Below, one piece after another: positions 48,566 to 56,903 of a stretch of DNA of 64,000 bases. A program made the translations under genes and the position numbers. Every line of letters begins with the position of its first letter. The stretch's first letter is position 1. The stretch is from positions 3,488,001 through 3,552,000 of the forward strand of contig OZ240248.1 of the NCBI GenBank assembly GCA_965198235.1, in the 5' to 3' direction. The stretch comes from Candidatus Poribacteria bacterium (GTDB taxonomy: Bacteria > Poribacteria > WGA-4E > WGA-3G). A model generated the notes under the pieces. It ran no database searches and was not told the origin of the DNA. It saw only the letters and a list, made by a program, of their open reading frames with translations.

Positions 48566-49230
48566 GCACTAAAATTGTAGGCACTCTCACGGCAATCCTC
48601 GTCTTTATCTCACTCTATCTCATCTTTGGATACGCGCGCATTGAAGGCACAATGCTCGAAGTCCAAAAAATCTTCTACTATCACGTCTCTGCCGCACTCA
48701 CCGTTTTTGTAGCCTTCGGTGTTAACTGCGTATTTAGCATCAAGTACCTCATCCAGCGGAAACCCAACGACGATCTCCTCGCAGTCGCTGCGGCGGAACT
48801 GGGTCTCGTCTTTTGCACGATCGCGCTGCTGTCGGGTCCAATCTGGGCGCGATACGCGTGGAATACATGGTGGAATTGGGAGCCCCGTCTCACGAGTACA
48901 CTCGTCCTCTGGCTCATGTACGTCGGTTATTTTATTCTCCGTTCCGCTCTGGAAGGCGACAAACGTAGACTTTATTCTGCCGTCCTCGGTATTATCGCCT
49001 ATCTTGACGTACCGATCGTCTATTATTCCGTGGACATCTGGCAGGGAGGCTTGCATCCGGACCGCGGAACCAAATGGAGCCTTGAAACGACAATGCGGCA
49101 GACATGGATGGTGGCACTGCTTGCACTCATTATGCTGTTTACACTGTTGCTAATCGTGCGGTATCGGATGAAGAAGGCGGAAACACGCTATGAAATCGTC
49201 CGACAGAAATACTTAGGGGAGGCATCCTAA
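48553..49230 (+). CDS. ccmC: Heme exporter protein C (cytochrome c biogenesis)
   Basis: IFYYHV and the Trp-rich GPIWARYAWNTWWNWEPRLT motif; LHP. Confidence 0.88.
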   Translation: MGNLSTKIVGTLTAILVFISLYLIFGYARIEGTMLEVQKIFYYHVSAALTVFVAFGVNCVFSIKYLIQRKPNDDLLAVAAAELGLVFCTIALLSGPIWARYAWNTWWNWEPRLTSTLVLWLMYVGYFILRSALEGDKRRLYSAVLGIIAYLDVPIVYYSVDIWQGGLHPDRGTKWSLETTMRQTWMVALLALIMLFTLLLIVRYRMKKAETRYEIVRQKYLGEAS

Positions 49231-49577
49231 TGAAAATAGCGGTTCTTGTGAGTTTTTTGGTGGTTTTGGGGGTCTTCATCTTTGCAACCCAAGTCCCGAT
49301 CACCTTGACGGAAGATGAAGTCGCGAAGGCTATTGCAGAGGTAAGTTCGGAATCCGAATCTCCTGTGGATGAAGACCTCTTAGCACCGGCAGTGCAACTG
49401 TTCGTTGCAAAACTGGAAAAGGCACAAAGCACACGCCTCAAATATCTTGTCTCCGCCTATTTGGTCATCTGGTTAGTCTTTATTCTATATGTCCTACACT
49501 TGGAGCGGAAGCAGCAGGAACTCGACAAACGCCTTGCACAATTAGAACAGGAATCCGATGAAAACGTTCCTTTTTAA
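49230..49577 (+). CDS. CcmD-like membrane protein with an N-terminal extension
   Basis: C-terminal YLVSAYLVIWLVFILYVLHL followed by a coiled coil; directly after ccmC. Confidence 0.65.
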   Translation: MKIAVLVSFLVVLGVFIFATQVPITLTEDEVAKAIAEVSSESESPVDEDLLAPAVQLFVAKLEKAQSTRLKYLVSAYLVIWLVFILYVLHLERKQQELDKRLAQLEQESDENVPF

Positions 49578-50007
49578 ATCACAACGAATGGTTGACCAGC
49601 CATTGACAAAAGTTTTTGAATTTTTCTCCAATGCACATAACCTCGCTTTGATTACACCACCATCGCTACACTTAGAAATCTTAACCCCCGCCCCGATTGA
49701 AATATTTGCCGGAACGCGTATCGATTATCAGTTGAAACTGCATGGCATCCCGATCCGCTGGCAGACCGAGATTACGGAGTGGAATCCGCCTCACGGCTTT
49801 TTAGATGAACAACGGCACGGTCCATATCGACTCTGGCGACATGCACATACCTTTGATGAAACAGAGGACGGTGTTGTCGTGAACGATTCAATCGAATACG
49901 CTGTTTGGGGAGGTGGGCTTATTGAGAAATTATTTGTCCGCCCCGATTTGGAAAGAATCTTTGCTTACCGTTCCGAGCAGTTAGATGAAATTTTCCATCG
50001 GACTTGA
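49558..50007 (+). CDS. SRPBCC family protein
   Basis: VFEFFSNAHNLALITPP, W.TEITEW and DEQRHGPY..W.H.H motifs. Confidence 0.9.
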   Translation: MKTFLFKSQRMVDQPLTKVFEFFSNAHNLALITPPSLHLEILTPAPIEIFAGTRIDYQLKLHGIPIRWQTEITEWNPPHGFLDEQRHGPYRLWRHAHTFDETEDGVVVNDSIEYAVWGGGLIEKLFVRPDLERIFAYRSEQLDEIFHRT

Positions 50008-50011
50008 ATCT

Positions 50012-50683
50012 TCAGAGGAAAAACAGCAATCCCTCATAGAAACGGATACGTGCGTAGTAGCGCATCACTCGTTCTACGTGCGCCAATGTCTCGTTAGCCC
50101 CTTCAAAATAACCGTGGGGCGGTTTGCCGCTTTCCCAGACCTCGCGATGCATAGAGGCATGTTGCTTCGTCAACTGGCTGAGTGTAATGCTCACGGGTTC
50201 CCAGAGAAGCGGGTTTCCCGCGTTATGGTAACGGACGAGTGCTTGTGCATCGCGCACCCGTCCGAGACCCCCGTTGTAACTTGCTAATACTAAACGATGC
50301 CGATGTTCGTGTGGGCTTTCAGGGAAAGCGTTGTATAACGTCCGTAGATGACGCGTTGCACCTGCAATGTTCTGATTCGCATCAAACGGATCTCGCACGC
50401 CGAGTTCCTTTGCCGTGGTTGGCATCAATTGTGTCAACCCCAGCGCACCCACCGCGCTTTCTGCCTTTTCGTCAAACCCAGATTCCTGTACAATCAACGC
50501 GCAAATCAGTCGAGCGTCCAACGCTTCTTTAGCCGCGTGTTGCTGAATCAACCCTCTATACTTGAGCATCTTCGGGGTCAGCACAAGCAATCGTAGATCC
50601 AACGGGATGTTGCTGACCAAACTTAGGACGAGGATTAAAGCAAGTGTCGCGAGAATAAGAATGAGTGTCCGTTTGCGCCGCAT
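50012..50683 (-). CDS. Lytic transglycosylase (SLT domain)
   Basis: QESGF, GALGLTQLMP and ASYNGG motifs. Confidence 0.92.
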   Translation of the reverse strand: MRRKRTLILILATLALILVLSLVSNIPLDLRLLVLTPKMLKYRGLIQQHAAKEALDARLICALIVQESGFDEKAESAVGALGLTQLMPTTAKELGVRDPFDANQNIAGATRHLRTLYNAFPESPHEHRHRLVLASYNGGLGRVRDAQALVRYHNAGNPLLWEPVSITLSQLTKQHASMHREVWESGKPPHGYFEGANETLAHVERVMRYYARIRFYEGLLFFL

Positions 50684-50697
50684 TTCTGTTTACCTTC

Positions 50698-52281
50698 TTA
50701 AAACAGATAACCCATCTGAATCGCGAGTCGGTGCGCTTGGTTTGTTGCCCCTTTACGATGTTCAGTATTTTGCGTGTAGTGCCATACGTATAAGAACGAG
50801 GCATTCCATCCATTCAATGGACGGTAGGAGAATTGCCCACCGATTTCTGTCGTCCGTGCAACAACACCCGTCGGAAACGGGAGCGTCCTGAAGTCTTCTC
50901 CGTAAAACCGATCTGCGATTGTGCCTTCACCCTGTCGGGTGAGCACGCCGCGAATCTCCGCTTCGGTGGAGACAGTCAATTGATAGGTGGCTGAAAATCG
51001 AACTGTATCCGAATCGGTGCTGATTGGATGTCCGATTGCGTATCCGAAGTGTGTGAACTGATTATCAGGCACCAGATGCGTGTAAGCCCATCGGTTGACG
51101 CGTGCGTATTCGCTGTGAATTCCGAGATGACGACCAAGGTGTTGTGGATACCATGTCGCTCCTAAGAGCCACGCCACTGCATGGGGATCGTTCGCACCAG
51201 GAACGTATTGGATATCGTCGATGACCCATTCACCATACAGCCGGACCCCATCAATAGGACGGATAGCGGCATCAAAGGCGAACATGACGTTATCGTCGGC
51301 TTTGGCGTTGTATTGTAGCGCGTAATAGAAAGTGATCGGGTTTGCGTATTTCCATTCAAGCGTCTGGGCATCGCCACCGTAAAGTACCCATTCCGCGACA
51401 CCGATTTCCACGCGATCGTTGAATTGGTAGTCGAGTCGGTGTCCGCTGATATAACGTTTCGCGAGATAGCGTTTTTCACCGTCATCGTACCAAGTTGAAT
51501 CGAGTTGCGCTGTCCAAGCCGTCGCCTTGAGTCGTTTTCCGAGTCTACTACTGAGTCGGACCTGGTCAAACGGCGGCGAGTTATCAGAGATACCAACCGT
51601 TTTGTATGGACTCGCGCCCCAGAAGAGCCAATCTCTACCGACAAGCAGATCAAGGTGTGCGCTATTGACTTGCAAGTAACCTCTCTTGAAGTCGCCAGTG
51701 TAGTCCCTGCGCCAGCGTTCAAGGCGTTGTCCGGCTGTCTTCCCATCCAGCGGTGGGCTCTCAAAGTTATGTGCCTCAAATTCAGAATACAGAGTGAGGC
51801 GCGGGACGTTTCGCTGTTCGAGTTTCCCAAGTGTATAGTGAAGTGCCCATTCAAACGCCGGAGCCACTTTTTCTTCTGTCGTCCGGAGTTGTGGCAGGAA
51901 TCGCATCCTCCGTCCACCGTGGTGCCTGAGTTCTTTCGCGAATTCCCGTTTCAATTTTTCTAAGAGTTTCCTATCTATCGCTAATGGGACAACAACGCCT
52001 GTGCGAATGCGCGATTCAGCCTGCCGTATCGTTTCTGCTGCATCTGCTCTTGAAAGCGGTGCTGTGTGTCGATGGAATCCGCCTGTGATACCATCGGTTT
52101 CCAACTTCGCGAGTGCTTCAGTAACCCAACCATCGAAATTCAAGGGGACATCGGGCGCACCAAACGCCGTGCTCAGAATGAACATAGATGCCAGGAAGAT
52201 GTATAAGATATTCAATCGTGGAGAAGTGGGTGTGTCAGCATCAACGATCCTTTCTATGTTTGAATAGACGGGAAAATTCAC
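50698..52281 (-). CDS. Capsule assembly Wzi family outer-membrane protein
   Basis: GRDWLFWG...ISDNSPPFD, GHRLD, YGEWVIDD and GHPI motifs; terminal Phe. Confidence 0.8.
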   Translation of the reverse strand: MNFPVYSNIERIVDADTPTSPRLNILYIFLASMFILSTAFGAPDVPLNFDGWVTEALAKLETDGITGGFHRHTAPLSRADAAETIRQAESRIRTGVVVPLAIDRKLLEKLKREFAKELRHHGGRRMRFLPQLRTTEEKVAPAFEWALHYTLGKLEQRNVPRLTLYSEFEAHNFESPPLDGKTAGQRLERWRRDYTGDFKRGYLQVNSAHLDLLVGRDWLFWGASPYKTVGISDNSPPFDQVRLSSRLGKRLKATAWTAQLDSTWYDDGEKRYLAKRYISGHRLDYQFNDRVEIGVAEWVLYGGDAQTLEWKYANPITFYYALQYNAKADDNVMFAFDAAIRPIDGVRLYGEWVIDDIQYVPGANDPHAVAWLLGATWYPQHLGRHLGIHSEYARVNRWAYTHLVPDNQFTHFGYAIGHPISTDSDTVRFSATYQLTVSTEAEIRGVLTRQGEGTIADRFYGEDFRTLPFPTGVVARTTEIGGQFSYRPLNGWNASFLYVWHYTQNTEHRKGATNQAHRLAIQMGYLF

Positions 52282-54374
52282 TATGACTCCGCCTCCAATT
52301 CCTTAACATAAGCATCAATGCGTCTGAACTGCCACGCCCATTGTACGTTGTAGAGGAACTGCCGTAGGTCGAAGCGATTGTCGTCTGGCGAATAAGATTC
52401 AGCATGATAGGAAGGCGTTAGCGTTGTCATTTTGTGTCGATTGATGGAGTAGTACCGAAAGAACCGTTTGACCTTCTCGGCAACCTCATGGGGTGGCAGA
52501 TGGTCCCACTCTTGTACCAATTTTTCAAACATACTGACAGGACCGCACTGCTCCATTTTTCGGAGTTGCCCGAAACGACTCAATTCGGCGTAAGTCATCC
52601 CCATATCGTCTTCATCGGTTTGCGTATAGGTTTCGGTTATCGGTTCCAGCTCTGCTGTCGGTGGCGCGTCAACAATTTCCGAGAGAGCCGTATAACCGAG
52701 ATTGTGGTTAGCCCAATTCAGGAATCGACGTAAGTCGTGTTTGCTAATCCCACCGATCGGGTTGATGTCCCCGCTACTACAATCATATTTTGTGAGGTAG
52801 CCCCGCAACGCCTCGTCAACGTTTCCTGTGCCCAATACGAGGAGAGTGCCTTCCCGGTTCCGCACCCACGGAATCATTTGAGCAAACAGATAACTCAGCA
52901 CCATTCGCAACCTTGCTTGTATGTTCTGAAGTGCCTGATTCTCTCTGTAAGTGCCACCTTCAACCTTAAATCGGGGTGTCTTCTGCGTAATGCGGGTAAA
53001 GAGCGTCTGCAGCGCACTGACAAGTCCGTCCATATTGATGTTGAGATGGTCGGCACCGATCTGCTCGGCGAGCTGTTTCGCGCGTTTTTGGGTGTCGCGA
53101 GAACTATTCTCTGTGCCGATGTAGCACGTATACAGTAGACGATTAGCAAGTACACACGGATCCGTGAAAATGTCGGGAGTTTCACCGTCGTCCAGCCACC
53201 GCTCTACATCGCGAAGAACCGAAGCCTCTTTGTCGCGTATCGCTTTCGCTACCAATTGACACATTGAACCGACAAGCGTTGCAACGGCACCGCTGTCAGC
53301 ACCACCAGAAAGCGGGATGAAATACCCCGCCGCCCCAGATCGGCGTAGATAATCCCAGAGCCAGCAAGCCGGACCCAAAGCGATCTCTTCCTCCGGTTCA
53401 TGCGTGGACAGTTCGATTTTTCTGCTCACGTTCAGGACGCTATTCCCGTGTGCAGGTTCAAAATCAAAGTCAATATCTATCTGGGGCAACGGCTCCATTT
53501 TACTTGCCTGTACAGCCCGACTCGCCTTCGCGCCGCGATACGCACGCACGTCGTGAAGGTTCACTGTCGCGGTGACGACCTCTACATCTTTAAGCGAGAA
53601 TTGGGAACCTTGCGCTAAAATCTCGCCGTTTTGGGCGATCAACGCACAGCCGTCGAAATAGAGTCTACCGCCATCACATCCCTGCTGGTTGGCATAGAGA
53701 TAGACACCACCATTTTTCGCACTTGCGTTCCGAATGAGCGCGATGCGTGTATCCAATTTCCGTAACTCGTGATGAGAACCTGACCCGTTCGCTATGATTT
53801 CAACGCCGGCATTGCCGAAGTGTATATGTGGACTCATCGGCACAAAGAGTTCCTCACAGGTCTCCGATGCCAAGAGTGTATCGGCGGTGGCAATCGCCGC
53901 GATGCCGATAGGCACCGTCCGTTGTCCGGTCAGTTCGGCAATCTCGCGAGGAAGTGTATACGGTTCGGTGCTCCAACCCCGTTCCCATGCTGTAAACCAG
54001 CGATGTTCCCGATAATTACCGTCGCTCGCCATGACCATCTTGGGACGAATTAACAGCAGCTTGCCGTCTAATACGAAAACCCGACAGTTATACCGAACGT
54101 TTTGATGCATAACAGGCATCCCAATGTCACACAGAATGCCATCTGTCCGTCCGCCTTTGAGGATACATGCCAGCGATTCCCAACTGTGTAGAAGCGTGTC
54201 CAATTCCAGAAAATGGTCTTCGCAGGAATACCCCGTAATCTCCAATTCCGGTCCCAACCGATACCGAGCCCCGCGTTCTTTCGCAATCTCTATGGATTCA
54301 ATGATGCGCGCAGCGTTCCCTTCAAAATCGAGACTCCATTGATTCAGGTTGCACGTTGCGAGGACTGCTTTCAT
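52281..54374 (-). CDS. nadE: Glutamine-dependent NAD+ synthetase, eukaryote-type (NADSYN1/Qns1-like)
   Basis: Nitrilase domain GPELE / K / ETCEELF; PP-loop LSGGADS; C-terminal RHKMTTLTPSYHAESYSPDDNRFDLRQFLYN. Confidence 0.95.
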   Translation of the reverse strand: MKAVLATCNLNQWSLDFEGNAARIIESIEIAKERGARYRLGPELEITGYSCEDHFLELDTLLHSWESLACILKGGRTDGILCDIGMPVMHQNVRYNCRVFVLDGKLLLIRPKMVMASDGNYREHRWFTAWERGWSTEPYTLPREIAELTGQRTVPIGIAAIATADTLLASETCEELFVPMSPHIHFGNAGVEIIANGSGSHHELRKLDTRIALIRNASAKNGGVYLYANQQGCDGGRLYFDGCALIAQNGEILAQGSQFSLKDVEVVTATVNLHDVRAYRGAKASRAVQASKMEPLPQIDIDFDFEPAHGNSVLNVSRKIELSTHEPEEEIALGPACWLWDYLRRSGAAGYFIPLSGGADSGAVATLVGSMCQLVAKAIRDKEASVLRDVERWLDDGETPDIFTDPCVLANRLLYTCYIGTENSSRDTQKRAKQLAEQIGADHLNINMDGLVSALQTLFTRITQKTPRFKVEGGTYRENQALQNIQARLRMVLSYLFAQMIPWVRNREGTLLVLGTGNVDEALRGYLTKYDCSSGDINPIGGISKHDLRRFLNWANHNLGYTALSEIVDAPPTAELEPITETYTQTDEDDMGMTYAELSRFGQLRKMEQCGPVSMFEKLVQEWDHLPPHEVAEKVKRFFRYYSINRHKMTTLTPSYHAESYSPDDNRFDLRQFLYNVQWAWQFRRIDAYVKELEAES

Positions 54375-54385
54375 CGAAAATACCC

Positions 54386-55387
54386 CTAATCTCGGACTTT
54401 CACGCGTCCCCAGACCGTTGTCAACAGATGCGGTTGGGGTGAGACCGGCAGTGCAAACGCTGGATCAAACCAATCCGCACCATAATTCTCGCCTCTGTCC
54501 GTGAGTTGTTCGGATATACCCCCGGCTAAGGCAACTTTGAAGAGTTGCCTTCCGTTACGGGTTTCCTTGTGGTAGACGAGAGCATTGCCCTGGGGTGCCA
54601 AAGCCGGATACGATCCCGTACCATCCACTTTAACCTTACGCGGTTTCCCGTTCCCCTTGCGATTTACAATATAGAGTCTCATTGCATGCACCGGTACAAG
54701 ATCATCCACGCTTATACCGGAAAAGACGAATTTGGTGCCATCAGGTGTCCATGTAGGATGAAACATCAAAGGAAATCCGTCTGGCGAGATTTGCTCTTTT
54801 GCATTGGTTTGCACGTTAACAATCTCAATTCTGGGTTTGGCTATCTGTATGCCCTCAAACCCGTCATTGATAGGTATGAGCGTCTCGGCAGAGATGAAAG
54901 CGATTTCAGAACCATCTGATGCCCACGCAGGATGCATACCGATTGCTATCCTTTTCTCAGCCCCATCATTAATTGAGGCTGTGTAGATAGCCACCTCACC
55001 CCTATCGACCCGATAGTAGGCGATCTGTTCGCCATCGGGCGACCATGTCGGATGATTCCGCATCATTTTTTTGCCAAAAACGCGTCGAACACTCTCACCA
55101 TCCGCGTCCATCACGTAGAGGTCTGAAATATTTCCGGCGCGATCGGAGGCAAACAGAATCTGTTTGCCTGTCGGTGACCAGACTGGGGAGTAATCGTTCC
55201 CGCGATGATGGGTTAAATTCATCTGTCCACTGCCATCGGGATTCATAATGTAAATTTCAGAATTGCCGTCCCGGTTCGATACAAACGCAATTTTATCTGT
55301 TGCGGGCACCTGTGCGGAAACCAGTATAACAGGCTCAAAAACGAACAGACCGAGCCCACAAACAAGAACAAAACAGATAAATTTCAT
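54386..55387 (-). CDS. TolB-like PD40 beta-propeller protein with a C-terminal VSP...LTTVWGRVK tail
   Basis: [14 protein letters not shown] and repeated P.WSP.G motifs; AAGGAG RBS. Confidence 0.88.
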   Translation of the reverse strand: MKFICFVLVCGLGLFVFEPVILVSAQVPATDKIAFVSNRDGNSEIYIMNPDGSGQMNLTHHRGNDYSPVWSPTGKQILFASDRAGNISDLYVMDADGESVRRVFGKKMMRNHPTWSPDGEQIAYYRVDRGEVAIYTASINDGAEKRIAIGMHPAWASDGSEIAFISAETLIPINDGFEGIQIAKPRIEIVNVQTNAKEQISPDGFPLMFHPTWTPDGTKFVFSGISVDDLVPVHAMRLYIVNRKGNGKPRKVKVDGTGSYPALAPQGNALVYHKETRNGRQLFKVALAGGISEQLTDRGENYGADWFDPAFALPVSPQPHLLTTVWGRVKVRD

Positions 55388-55427
55388 TGTAAACTCCTTA
55401 TGTTTTATCCTCACAGAGCGTTGAAAG

Positions 55428-56744
55428 TTATGTTTTCTGTGGTTTCTTTCGCGCCGCTGGAAACAGTATATTGTTCAGTATCAATCTATAACCGGGAGAA
55501 TGTTTATGCAAATCGAGGTTCGTCGGGATCTTTCCTTCGCCGACAAGATGACGGTAATCCTCCGGATCGTGTCCGCCGAGGAACGTAAAGGTTCCCTTCC
55601 CTAACTTGCCGTGGATGTATTTTGCGTAATTGCTACCTTCTACCTGCCCTAAAATTGTGACAGAACCGCGAATCTTGTCCATATTAAACGATGTCGTCTG
55701 TCCGAGATACCCCGGTACAACGCTTACATGATTCTGCGTGAGCATCGTCGGAATCGGGTCGTGCTTTGCGGCGAATTCAAAGAGTTTGAAATTCTCAACC
55801 CCGCTCTGTGCGTCCCGATCGGGATTCGGGTTGTCTATGTCTGAGAATTCGTATCGGTATGGGTTCGTGTGAAGGCTAAAATTTTCAAATGCCAAAGTGC
55901 GCTGAAAGTCGAGTCGCGTCTCGGCATCCGAATCAATCGGTGTCCCATCCAATTCAGGAGCGACGATATCGACTGCACCACCGCGTGCCGCCAAAGCAAT
56001 GTCGAGGGTTTCTGGGGCAGAACACATTGCGAAGATAAATCCACCATTGACGATATAGTCTGCGATCATCCGTGCAGTCTGACCTTTATGCTGCGCAACC
56101 CGCCGAAATCCTGCGTCTGTGGCGGCTTTTTCAAATATCAGCATCCGCTGTTGATACCAGACCTGAGCGGAAAATGCGGCGTGGAATTTGCCGTGCTGAC
56201 CTGTAAAGTCTTCGTGGTGGAGGTGTAGCCAGTCGTAGCCCTCAATCTCTAACACGCCACTTTGGACCTCTTTGTCCCAGATTTCGTCGTAGGGGATTTG
56301 TGCGTAATCCAAGGCGATTTTGACTGCGTCGTCCCAAGGGTCTCGGTAGGGTGATGCCTCTGATGGCGCATACACAGCGATTTTGGGAGCTTTTTCCAAT
56401 AGAATCTCGTCCATGTTACTACCGTCAAGGACGGATTCCTTTATGCTGAGGTAATCGGCGTGGTTCATCGGTTTGAAGCGCACACCCATCAATGCCGCAC
56501 GCATCCGCACGTCTTGCGAGTCCGGCAAGACGAACGCGCCACCGCGATAGTTCAGCCACCAGTAGCATTGGTACTCACGCGGCACCTCTAATGCCCAGTA
56601 CGTCAAACCGTAAGCCTTCAGATGATTGGTTTGTGCCCCGATCTCCATCGGTATCAGAAGCCATTCCGCCGCAGCTATGTTTACTGTAATAACGGACAGT
56701 ATTAATATAAAAACTGAGATTTTCAAACTATTCAATCTGGTCAC
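55428..56744 (-). CDS. Conserved secreted protein (family often labelled 'asparagine synthetase B' in Bacteroidota); start uncertain, ORF open to 56891
   Basis: [36 protein letters not shown] and [16 protein letters not shown] motifs. Confidence 0.8.
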   Translation of the reverse strand: MTRLNSLKISVFILILSVITVNIAAAEWLLIPMEIGAQTNHLKAYGLTYWALEVPREYQCYWWLNYRGGAFVLPDSQDVRMRAALMGVRFKPMNHADYLSIKESVLDGSNMDEILLEKAPKIAVYAPSEASPYRDPWDDAVKIALDYAQIPYDEIWDKEVQSGVLEIEGYDWLHLHHEDFTGQHGKFHAAFSAQVWYQQRMLIFEKAATDAGFRRVAQHKGQTARMIADYIVNGGFIFAMCSAPETLDIALAARGGAVDIVAPELDGTPIDSDAETRLDFQRTLAFENFSLHTNPYRYEFSDIDNPNPDRDAQSGVENFKLFEFAAKHDPIPTMLTQNHVSVVPGYLGQTTSFNMDKIRGSVTILGQVEGSNYAKYIHGKLGKGTFTFLGGHDPEDYRHLVGEGKIPTNLDLHKHSPGYRLILNNILFPAARKKPQKT

Positions 56745-56760
56745 CGTTTTTCCCGAGAAA

Positions 56761-56847
56761 ATCGGGGTTCCAAACCCCTTCCACAAAAGAATCTGTCCTG
56801 CCTGAAAACATCGGGGTTCCAAACCCCTCCCACAAAAGAATCTGTCC
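56761..56847. repeat. Two 38-bp direct repeats (period 49), REP-like on the minus strand
   Basis: ATCGGGGTTCCAAACCCCT(T/C)CCACAAAAGAATCTGTCC at 56761 and 56810. Confidence 0.8.
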
Positions 56848-56903
56848 AGTCTTGGCGAGAACCTGCCTGAAACGAAGTGGAAGGCAGTCAAGAATCGAAT
56901 TAT

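Noticed and set aside
56745-56891. N-terminal 49 aa of the 487-aa ORF
   Set aside because: It is translated from a REP-like tandem repeat; a GTG at 56744 preceding a signal peptide is the more plausible start.
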